From NCBI GenBank assembly GCA_963663035.1, contig OY760074.1, positions 608,001 to 672,000 on the forward strand: a stretch of 64,000 bases of DNA. Reading direction: 5' to 3'. The number at the start of each line of letters is the position of its first letter. Position 1 is the first letter of the stretch. Of the stretch, positions 50,752 to 58,952 are shown in pieces. A program made the position numbers and the translations under genes. Source of the stretch: Acidobacteriota bacterium. Its GTDB lineage: Bacteria; Acidobacteriota; UBA6911; RPQK01; JADFOI01. The notes under the pieces are model-generated. The model saw only the letters and a list, made by a program, of their open reading frames with translations. It was not told the DNA's origin and did no database searches.

Positions 50752-50890
50752 GAAGTCAGGAGGCAGGAGTCAGGAGTCAGGAGAGAGAATCCAGAAGTCA
50801 GAATCCAGAATATCTTTGGAACCGCGAAGCGCGTCTCCTACCTCCTATCTCCTACCTCCTATCTCCTGCAACTTGGAACTTGGCACTTGG
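50752..50890. repeat. Heptamer tandem repeat tracts in inverted orientation
   Basis: AGGAGTC/AGAAGTC/AGAATCC units, then CTCCTAC/CTCCTAT units, then ACTTGG(A/C) x3. Confidence 0.8.
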
Positions 50891-50933
50891 ATTGGTATAT
50901 TAGCGTGGGCAAAAGGCTAAAAGGGCAAAAAGT

Positions 50934-51932
50934 ATGAAAACCGTTTCCAGTGTTTCCCTGACTTCCAAGGATATCTTCAAACTGCTTGAGAGCGACCTGC
51001 AGGAAGTGGAAGATGCTCTGAAGAGAGAAAGCAGCGCAGCCTTTCCCCTTGTCGATGACATCAATCGATATCTGCACAGCAGTGGAGGCAAGCGCTTCCG
51101 TCCTGTCCTTCTACTGCTCTCCTCGAAGATGTGTGGCTATGAAGGCAGTTCGGCGGTTATCCTGGGCATGGTCGTTGAACTGCTTCATGTGGCGACGCTG
51201 GTTCATGATGACATCATTGACAACGCCGAGATTCGCCGTGGACAGTCCTCTGTGAACGCTCGCTGGGGAAATCAAGTTACGGTGTTGATGGGTGACTGGT
51301 TGTACATGACCTCATTTTATCTGGCGCTGAAACTGCGAGACTTTCGGGTATTGGATCTTTTGATCGACGTCACTCGAAGGCTGGTGGAAGGGGAATTGGT
51401 TCAGTGGGAGCAGCATGGCCGCCTCAACATCTCGGTCGAGGAGCAGTTGGAAATCTGTCGGCGGAAGACGGCTGATCTGTTCTCCAGCTGTGGGCGCCTG
51501 GGCGCCATATTGGCAAACGTGGATGAGGAGAAAGAACAGAACCTGGAGACTTATGGTCGTTCTGTGGGTATGGCTTTCCAGTTGATCGACGACCTGCTCG
51601 ACTACAGTTCCAATGAAGACACGCTGGGGAAACCGGTTCTGAGGGATCTCGAAGAAGGGAAGACCACCTTGCCGATCATCTATCTGATGGAACGTGCGGA
51701 TCTGAAAGAACGAGAGTTCATTCGTGAAGTGGTGCGGACTCAGAACTTCAGCCCAGCAAACAAGAAGCGGATCCTGGAGCTGGTCCGGGCCTACGGGACC
51801 CTGCGTGAGTCACAAGAGCTTGCCGAGGAATACGTGCTGGAGGCCAAAAGGGCTCTGATGGGTTTTCCCGACTCAATTTATCGCGAGGCCTTACTGAAAC
51901 TTGCGGATTTTGTGATCGATCGGGAGCAATAG
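50934..51932 (+). CDS. Polyprenyl diphosphate synthase (IspB-like)
   Basis: GGKRFRP, HDDIID...RRG, KTA, FQLIDDLLD, DLEEGKTTLP. Confidence 0.94.
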   Translation: MKTVSSVSLTSKDIFKLLESDLQEVEDALKRESSAAFPLVDDINRYLHSSGGKRFRPVLLLLSSKMCGYEGSSAVILGMVVELLHVATLVHDDIIDNAEIRRGQSSVNARWGNQVTVLMGDWLYMTSFYLALKLRDFRVLDLLIDVTRRLVEGELVQWEQHGRLNISVEEQLEICRRKTADLFSSCGRLGAILANVDEEKEQNLETYGRSVGMAFQLIDDLLDYSSNEDTLGKPVLRDLEEGKTTLPIIYLMERADLKEREFIREVVRTQNFSPANKKRILELVRAYGTLRESQELAEEYVLEAKRALMGFPDSIYREALLKLADFVIDREQ

Positions 51933-51938
51933 AAGGCA

Positions 51939-54194
51939 TTAAGGCGGTGGAATATCTTCCACACTCCAGGGTGGTGGTGCTAATTCTTCCCCATCTTCTC
52001 CTACTTCTTGTCGTTGCGCTATGGTGAGCTCAAAGGGTGTATCTTGAACTTCAAAGTCTTCGATCGGCATCGACTCGGAGATTCCTTCCATAAAATTGAT
52101 CCAGATGGGTAGAGCTAAGGTAGCTCCATAGACTCTTTCTCCGAGGGACTTCTTTTCATCAAAACCGGCCCACACACCTGCCGTGATTTGCGCCGAGAAG
52201 CCGACAAACCAGCTGTCGGTCGAATCGTTCGTGGTGCCCGTCTTTCCTCCCAGCGGTCGCTCCAGGATCTGGGCTCTGCGAGCTGTCCCGTATTCTACGA
52301 CACTCTGCAGCAAATAGATCATTGTCCCAGCCGTTTCAGGAGAAATGACCTGTTCAAATCTGTTTTGATGCTCCATGAGGGTCGTGCCATGATAGTCCTT
52401 CACGTCCTTGATGAAATGGGGTTGCGCCCGTACTCCATTGTTGGGAAATACCGTAAAGGCTGACGTGATCTCCTGCAGTGTCAGTTCTCCTGCACCCAGC
52501 GCAACCGGGAGATAAGGAGGGAGCTCATGCTGAATTCCAAACCGGTAGGCAACCTCAATCACTTTGTCGATTCCAAGCTCGTTGGCTAAACGAATGGTGG
52601 GCACATTTCGGGAGAGGGCGAAAGCATCGCGGATGGAGATCAGTCCCCGAAATTCTTCGTCGGAATTCTCAGGTGCGTAGATGCGTCCCAGCCCGTCACG
52701 ATAACTCACGGGAGCATCCAGAACCGGCTCGAATGGGGAGTAACCCGCTTCCATCAGGGACACGTAGGTAAATGGCTTGAAAAGAGATCCCGGTTGACGC
52801 AAAGCCTGGGTCGCCCGATTAAATTGGCTGTACTGGAAATCGAATCCGCCCACCATTGTCTTGATGGCACCGGTCTTGTTATCGAGGGCGATCAGTGCTC
52901 CCTGCAGTTCAGGAATCCGATCCAAGCTGGCGTGTATGATCTTCTCTGTTTGCTGGATGCTATCAAGGGAGAATATAGCAACATCTCCTGGTTTAAGAAC
53001 CTGATCAACCCGCTCTTGACCAGTCCAGGCCATGTCTTTGGGTTCAATCCGGGCGAGATAACTGCCCAACTTGACTTGGGCCTGCTCGGCATTGGATTCC
53101 AGCACGAGTCCATGAACCATTTGACCTTCGTAAATGATTTGCCTCCACTCGGGGTGAAAATAGGTGTCCAGATCTTGACCCTGATCCAGGATATTTGTGA
53201 TGGAACCAATTCCCTCATTTGTTTCCTTATCGAATTGCTTCAGTCCTTCCCGCAATGCCTTGCGGGCTGCCACTTGCATTTCGTAATCGAGGGTGGTGTG
53301 GATTCTCAGCCCTCCTTCCCAAATTTGCTCGGTCGAGTAGTTCCTCTCCAGGTACTGTCTAACCCACTCGATAAAGAAGGGAGCCGGGCTCTGTTCGTAG
53401 TTTTTCCCACGAACTAACAGGGGCTCCTCGAGAGCCTCCTCTAGAGTGACCGAATCAATGAAATCTTTCTCATACATTTGTCCCAGAACCACATTACGGC
53501 GCCTCAAAGCCTCTTCCGGATAGTTGATGGGAGAGTTTCGTCCGGGAACTTGGATGATTCCGGCCAGCAGAGCGCTTTCCGCCACCGTGCACTCAGCAAA
53601 AGACTTGTTAAAGTAAAAGTCAGCCGCAGAGGCTACCCCATAGGTACCGTGACCCATGTAAATCTGATTGATGTAAAAGGTGAAGATCTGCTCTTTGGAG
53701 TAGTTTTTCTCAATCTCCAGAGCAAAAAGCATGTCCTTGATTTTGCGTTCAATAGTCTTCTCTGATCCGGTAAAGAGGAGTTTACTCAACTGCATTGTGA
53801 GAGTTGAGGCGCCCTTTCTCTCGCCATAGAAAATGTCACGAATGACCGTGACGAAAAGCCGCTGAAAGTCGATCCCGGAATGCTGAAAGAAATCAGCATC
53901 CTCGGCAGCTAGAACCGCGTTCTTCAGGCTTTCTGGAACCTGCTCATAGGCGACCAAAGTCCTTTTTTCTAGGGCGAACTGGCCGATAACTCGACCGTCA
54001 TCCGAGAAAACATAGGACACGATATTGGGCCGCACTTGCTCAAGCTGTTCAACCTGGGGAAAGTCTATGGCGTAACTGAAAAGTAAACCGGCTACCATTC
54101 CCAGGATCGCGACAGCAAGAACTAACAGCGCATAGGAACCCCAAAAGAGGTGATGTTGTTTCTGTTCCAGGTATTGGCGAAGAGTCTTCGTCAT
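51939..54194 (-). CDS. Class A penicillin-binding protein (PBP1A family)
   Basis: EDADFFQH, GASTLTMQL; SLFK, SRN, KTG transpeptidase motifs. Confidence 0.94.
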   Translation of the reverse strand: MTKTLRQYLEQKQHHLFWGSYALLVLAVAILGMVAGLLFSYAIDFPQVEQLEQVRPNIVSYVFSDDGRVIGQFALEKRTLVAYEQVPESLKNAVLAAEDADFFQHSGIDFQRLFVTVIRDIFYGERKGASTLTMQLSKLLFTGSEKTIERKIKDMLFALEIEKNYSKEQIFTFYINQIYMGHGTYGVASAADFYFNKSFAECTVAESALLAGIIQVPGRNSPINYPEEALRRRNVVLGQMYEKDFIDSVTLEEALEEPLLVRGKNYEQSPAPFFIEWVRQYLERNYSTEQIWEGGLRIHTTLDYEMQVAARKALREGLKQFDKETNEGIGSITNILDQGQDLDTYFHPEWRQIIYEGQMVHGLVLESNAEQAQVKLGSYLARIEPKDMAWTGQERVDQVLKPGDVAIFSLDSIQQTEKIIHASLDRIPELQGALIALDNKTGAIKTMVGGFDFQYSQFNRATQALRQPGSLFKPFTYVSLMEAGYSPFEPVLDAPVSYRDGLGRIYAPENSDEEFRGLISIRDAFALSRNVPTIRLANELGIDKVIEVAYRFGIQHELPPYLPVALGAGELTLQEITSAFTVFPNNGVRAQPHFIKDVKDYHGTTLMEHQNRFEQVISPETAGTMIYLLQSVVEYGTARRAQILERPLGGKTGTTNDSTDSWFVGFSAQITAGVWAGFDEKKSLGERVYGATLALPIWINFMEGISESMPIEDFEVQDTPFELTIAQRQEVGEDGEELAPPPWSVEDIPPP

Positions 54195-54276
54195 TTTATT
54201 TAGTATGTATTTTACACCAAGAGCATGAATCAATCTGCAAAGTCGCCAGGAGTTTCCCCATATTCTCCACGATTCT

Positions 54277-54454
54277 CCAGCCCGTGTTATGCATAGGTTC
54301 TCGTCATGAAGCGCCGAAAACGCCGGAAAACAGAGCCGTGGGCTTTAGCCCACGGGCCCGCAGGCTAAAGCCTGCGGGCCCGACTGGTGCGCAACGCTGG
54401 CAAGGCGGATGATTTCGGCGCTGCAGTAGAGAATTTATGCATAACACGGGCTAG
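54277..54454. repeat. Palindromic element family A, copy 5
   Basis: TIR AGCCCGTGTTATGCATA / TATGCATAACACGGGCT; REP doublet inside. Confidence 0.88.
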
Positions 54455-54492
54455 AGACTCCTCTCTCTTTTCTTTCAGATCAGTGACGTATT

Positions 54493-54813
54493 ATGGGTCC
54501 CATGAGAAAGTGTTTGTGTCTGTTGTTAGTGCTGGTTGGCCTGAGCGGGGTTTCTCTGTGGGCACAGAGTTGGCAGCATGTAGCGGTCCTCACCAGTGAC
54601 GCCTCGGGGGGTGAAACCCTGTTGAACGTTGATTGGGTGGCCCCCGGAAAGGTGGCCCGCTTGATCCTGATCGAATCGATCGACGGCTCACGAGCGGAAC
54701 TCCGAGTGGTCGAGAACATCTACGGAGGCCGCCTCATCCTCCAGCAACGGCTGCTGAATGACTTTCGGGCTGGGTCGAGGCTGTATCAGCAGAGTTCACA
54801 GCCTCAGCGCTGA
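54493..54813 (+). CDS. Small exported hypothetical protein
   Basis: Signal peptide MRKCLCLLLVLVGLSGVSLWAQ. Confidence 0.65.
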   Translation: MGPMRKCLCLLLVLVGLSGVSLWAQSWQHVAVLTSDASGGETLLNVDWVAPGKVARLILIESIDGSRAELRVVENIYGGRLILQQRLLNDFRAGSRLYQQSSQPQR

Positions 54814-54816
54814 CTA

Positions 54817-55488
54817 GCGCGGGTGCCCAGGAAGGCCAAGCTCTTCGTTCTCCGCGCCCTTCGATCCTCGACGTAGGTAGTCCTACGCCTGCGGTCGAAG
54901 GGCTTGTGCGGCCTCGATTTTGACCTTCCTGACCATCCGCCACCTGAACCCCGGAGGGTAGCCTTCCAGTAAAACTCGCCTCATGCGCGGGTGCCCAGGA
55001 AGGCCAAGCTCTTCGTTCTCCGCGCCCTTCGATCCTCGACGTAGGTAGTCCTACGCCTGCGGTCGAAGGGCTTGTGCGGCCTCGATTTTGACCTTCCTGA
55101 CCATCCGCCACCTGAACCCCGGAGGGTAGCCTTCCAGTAAAACTCGCCTCATGCGCGGGTGCCCAGGAAGGCCAAGCTCTTCGTTCTCCGCGCCCTTCGT
55201 TCCTCGACGTAGGTAGTCCTACGCCTGCGGTCGAAGGGCTTGTGCGGCCTCGATCTTGACCTTCCTGAACACCCGCCACCAGAACGCCGGAGGGTAGCCT
55301 TCCAGTAAAACTCGCCTCATGCGCGGGTGCCCAGGAAGGCCAAGCTCTTCGTTCTCCGCGCCCTTCGTTCCTCGACGTAGCGAGCGCTATGCCTGCGGTC
55401 GAAGGGCTTGTGCGGCCTCGATCTTGACCTTCCTGAACACCCGCCACCAGAACGCCGGAATGAAGCCTTCCAGTAAAACTTGCCTCAT
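54817..55488. repeat. Tandem array of four 168 bp family C units
   Basis: Units start at 54817, 54985, 55153, 55321; each is a long hairpin plus ~45 bp linker. Confidence 0.95.
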
Positions 55489-55511
55489 GCCTAATTAAAT
55501 GGAAGTAAGTA

Positions 55512-55991
55512 CTATTGATCGTGGATGGTGGTGAGCTTGAGGATCTGGAAGTGTTTCTCTCCGCCTGGGGTGTTAATTTGCACCTCATCCTTCTTTTTGT
55601 GTCCCATGAGACTCCGTCCAATCGGAGAGGTGGTTGAGATCAATCCTCCCTTCACATTGGATTCTTCAGTACTGACTAGTCGGTAGCTCACCTTTTTGCC
55701 GGTGTCCAGATCCAAGAGCACCACCTTGGAACCATACGATATCTTATCGGTGGGGACCTTGTTGAGATTAATCAAAGATAGTTTGGCCAGCCGCTCCCGC
55801 AGCGGACCCAGCTGAGCTTGAAGAAAAGATTGTCTGTCCTTGGCAGTCTGATATTCTGCATTCTCACTCAGGTCTCCCATAGCCGCGGCTTTTTTCAAAG
55901 CCTTTGGGAGCTCATCTCGTACTTCTCGATCCAGCTTCCTTATCTCGTCCTCCAGTTTTTTCTTAGCTTCCTTTAAAAGCTCATCCTTCAA
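55512..55991 (-). CDS. greA: Transcription elongation factor GreA
   Basis: GDLSENAEYQ, ISTTSPIGRSL; TTG start overlaps the nuoN stop, GGAGG SD. Confidence 0.93.
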   Translation of the reverse strand: MKDELLKEAKKKLEDEIRKLDREVRDELPKALKKAAAMGDLSENAEYQTAKDRQSFLQAQLGPLRERLAKLSLINLNKVPTDKISYGSKVVLLDLDTGKKVSYRLVSTEESNVKGGLISTTSPIGRSLMGHKKKDEVQINTPGGEKHFQILKLTTIHDQ

Positions 55992-57418
55992 AAGCTCACC
56001 GCCTCCCTTGCCAGGCTTAAAAAGGCTCCTGGAAACACTCCCAGGAACAAAGTGCCCAACACCAAAATCGCAATAAGGACGCGCATCGGCGTGGGGATAG
56101 TGATCGGAATCTCTTCTTTCTTCAACTTGCCCATATACATATATACGATGACCCTGAGGTAATAGTAAATACCAACCGCTGAAGCGAGGAGGGCAATGAC
56201 CACCAGCCAGTACATCTGACTCTCCACCGCGGCAGCCAGAAGGAACAGCTTCCCCATAAATCCGGCTGTGACAGGAATTCCCGCCAGGGAAATCAAGAAA
56301 ACTGAAAACGTGATGCCTAGGAAGGGGTTTCGATAGCCCATGCCGCTGTAGTCTTCGATGCTGAGATTTTGTTCCTTTTGACGCCCCACGATCTGTACCA
56401 CGGTGAATGCTCCCAGGGTCATCAGCGCATAGGCCATGAGGTAAAACAGGATGCCTTGTGTGCCCTGAGGACTGTGGGCTGTGAGTCCCACTAGCAGGTA
56501 CCCGGCATGAGCAATGGAAGAGTAAGCCAACATTCGCTTGAGGTTCGGCTGTGTCAACGCAGCAATGTTTCCGATCGCCATGGTCAGAACGGCCGAAACC
56601 CATAGCACGGCTTGCCAGTGTTGGCTGAGGTCAGGCAAGACCTGATAGAGAATGCGGACAAGGGCGAGGAAGGCGGCCGCTTTAGCTCCCACGGCCAGAT
56701 GGGCCGTGATGGGAATGGGAGCACCTTCATACACATCCGGGGTCCAGACGTGGAAGGGAGCCAGGGCGACCTTAAAACCGAAGCCCACCACTATGAGACC
56801 TAATCCCAGCAGGAGGATGAGCGGGTACTCCGATGAGGCTTGGATCACTTCCGCGACCTGCAGATACTTGGTCGATCCGGTTGCGCCGTAAACGAAAGCA
56901 ATCCCGTACAGGAGAAAGGCGGTGGAGAACGCACCCAGTAGGAAATATTTCCAGGCCGCTTCGCTGGATTTTCTCTCCCTTACTTTGAATCCCGTCAGCA
57001 CATAGGTTGAAATGGAGAGAAGCTCCAAGCCCAGAAAGGTCATGACAAGATCAGCGCTGGTGGCCATCAAGAACATGCCTACGGTGGCGAAAAGTAGAAG
57101 AGCAAAGAACTCACCGTGAAACAGCTTCTCCTGTTCCAGATAATTGATCGAGATGAAAAGGATGGTTGAACTCACGAACAGGAAGAACATCTTGCAGAGT
57201 TGCCCGAAAGAATCCTGAAAGATCATTTCAAAGAGAGCCAGGCCGTTCTGGCCCCATTCCATGACAACACAGAGGAAGGCCAGGACCATACCCACCTGGG
57301 CAAGGTATCCGAGACGATTTTGATGAGCCCTGGGGATGAAAGGGGTCAGGAGCATGATCAAGATGCCCATGAGAGAGAGGATGATTTCGGGCAAGAGAGC
57401 CGTGTAGTTAATCTCCAC
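55988..57418 (-). CDS. nuoN: NADH-quinone oxidoreductase subunit N
   Basis: EAAWKYFLLG, FKVALAPFHVWTPDVYEGAP, KRMLAYSSIAH. Confidence 0.96.
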   Translation of the reverse strand: MEINYTALLPEIILSLMGILIMLLTPFIPRAHQNRLGYLAQVGMVLAFLCVVMEWGQNGLALFEMIFQDSFGQLCKMFFLFVSSTILFISINYLEQEKLFHGEFFALLLFATVGMFLMATSADLVMTFLGLELLSISTYVLTGFKVRERKSSEAAWKYFLLGAFSTAFLLYGIAFVYGATGSTKYLQVAEVIQASSEYPLILLLGLGLIVVGFGFKVALAPFHVWTPDVYEGAPIPITAHLAVGAKAAAFLALVRILYQVLPDLSQHWQAVLWVSAVLTMAIGNIAALTQPNLKRMLAYSSIAHAGYLLVGLTAHSPQGTQGILFYLMAYALMTLGAFTVVQIVGRQKEQNLSIEDYSGMGYRNPFLGITFSVFLISLAGIPVTAGFMGKLFLLAAAVESQMYWLVVIALLASAVGIYYYLRVIVYMYMGKLKKEEIPITIPTPMRVLIAILVLGTLFLGVFPGAFLSLAREAVSF

Positions 57419-58946
57419 GGTACTCCACCCGGAAAGTTTGAGGTGCGCGGACTTGTTCTATCCGATCCACTACCTTTTGAACCGAGGTTTCCATCCTGCC
57501 AAGAAAAGTACTGGAATAAGACCCCATCCACAGCGCCAAAATGACTATGGGCACCAAGATCACGGTTTCCCGTACATTGAGATCCGCCAAAGCGCGGTTG
57601 CTATCGCTTTCTAGAGGTCCCATGAAAACTCGTTGATACATCCACAACATGTAGACCGCAGAGAGCACAAGGCCCGAGGCGGCAAAGGCGGCTCGCCCGG
57701 CATTTTCCAAAAAAGTTCCTTGTAAAATCAGAAACTCCCCGACGAAACCGTTGAGACCTGGAAGTCCGATGCTGCTGAGAGTCATGACCATGAAGAATGC
57801 GGCACAGCGGGGCATGACATGAGCCAGGCCACCGAAATCCTGGATCAAATGGGTATGGCGGCGATCATACAGCATCCCCACCAGCAGAAAGAGAGCGCCT
57901 GTAGAGAGCCCGTGATTCAGCATTTGATAAGTTGCACCTTCAATCGACTGAAGATTGAAAGCGAAAATGCCTAGAACAACAAAGCCCAGGTGGCTAACCG
58001 AGGAGTAGGCAATGAGTTTTTTTACATCTGGTTGCACCATGGCCACCAAGGCACCGTAGAGGATCCCAATGATGGCTAAAAGGGAAATGAGCGGAGCCAG
58101 AGTGAGGGACGCCTGTGGAAACAGCGGCAGGCAGAAACGGAGCAGACCATAGGTACCCATTTTGAGCAGCACCCCGGCAAGAATTACGGAGACCGCCGTG
58201 GGTGCTTCAACGTGTGCATCTGGAAGCCAGGTATGGAAAGGGAAAAGGGGTACCTTGATGGCGAATGCCAAGAAGAAGGCCAGGAAAAGAAGCAGTTCCG
58301 CCACAGGTGACAGTACAATTTCACCCAGGGAAAGCTTCTGGGTGATCTCGACCAGGTCAAAGTTTTGGGCTCCATTGAAGAAGTAAAGCGCGAGAATGGC
58401 AGCCAGCATGAGGGAGGAACCAGCCATGGTGTAAATGAAAAATTTGACTGCGGCGTAGATGCGGCGCTGCCCCCCCCACACGCCGATCAAGAAGTACATG
58501 GGAATGAGCATGACTTCCCAGAAGACGTAGAAGAGGATCAGATCGAGCGAGACAAAAACCCCAATCATGCCCACTTCCAGCAGGAGCATGAAGCACATGT
58601 AGGATTTGACCTTCTCTTCAATGCTCCAGCTTGCCAGTATGGCCAGAGGCATCAGGAAGGTGGTCAGGAGCACCAGGAAGAGACTGATGCCGTCTATTCC
58701 CACGTGGTACTGAAAGTGGAGAACTCCCACATCAAACCAGGGCGCACTTTGGACAAACTGCATTGTGTCGCTTCCGGAATCAAAGTGGGTCACCAGAAGT
58801 AAAGAGCAGAGAAAGGTGATGGAGGTGAAAAACAAAGTGATGCTTCTGAGGAGGAGGATCTTCCTGATGGGAACGAAGAGAAGGACCAAAGCCCCGCTGC
58901 CAGCGATCAATAATAGAGTGGTTAACAGTGACTCAGTTCCAGGCAT
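57408..58946 (-). CDS. nuoM: NADH-quinone oxidoreductase subunit M
   Basis: FWEVMLIPMY, HTWLPDAHVEAP, LLKMGTYG, GFVGEF. Confidence 0.96.
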   Translation of the reverse strand: MPGTESLLTTLLLIAGSGALVLLFVPIRKILLLRSITLFFTSITFLCSLLLVTHFDSGSDTMQFVQSAPWFDVGVLHFQYHVGIDGISLFLVLLTTFLMPLAILASWSIEEKVKSYMCFMLLLEVGMIGVFVSLDLILFYVFWEVMLIPMYFLIGVWGGQRRIYAAVKFFIYTMAGSSLMLAAILALYFFNGAQNFDLVEITQKLSLGEIVLSPVAELLLFLAFFLAFAIKVPLFPFHTWLPDAHVEAPTAVSVILAGVLLKMGTYGLLRFCLPLFPQASLTLAPLISLLAIIGILYGALVAMVQPDVKKLIAYSSVSHLGFVVLGIFAFNLQSIEGATYQMLNHGLSTGALFLLVGMLYDRRHTHLIQDFGGLAHVMPRCAAFFMVMTLSSIGLPGLNGFVGEFLILQGTFLENAGRAAFAASGLVLSAVYMLWMYQRVFMGPLESDSNRALADLNVRETVILVPIVILALWMGSYSSTFLGRMETSVQKVVDRIEQVRAPQTFRVEYRGD

Positions 58947-58952
58947 GATTTA

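Noticed and set aside
54817-55488. CRISPR array
   Set aside because: Units are 168 bp with no unique spacers; no cas genes in the window
54734-55621. 295 aa repeat protein ORF
   Set aside because: Results from the 168 bp period being a multiple of 3; overlaps greA and the opposite gene, and the same DNA is intergenic elsewhere
55992-56603. N-terminal extension of GreA in the ORF track
   Set aside because: Alternate frame of nuoN; the TTG at 55991 with an SD gives a normal-length GreA
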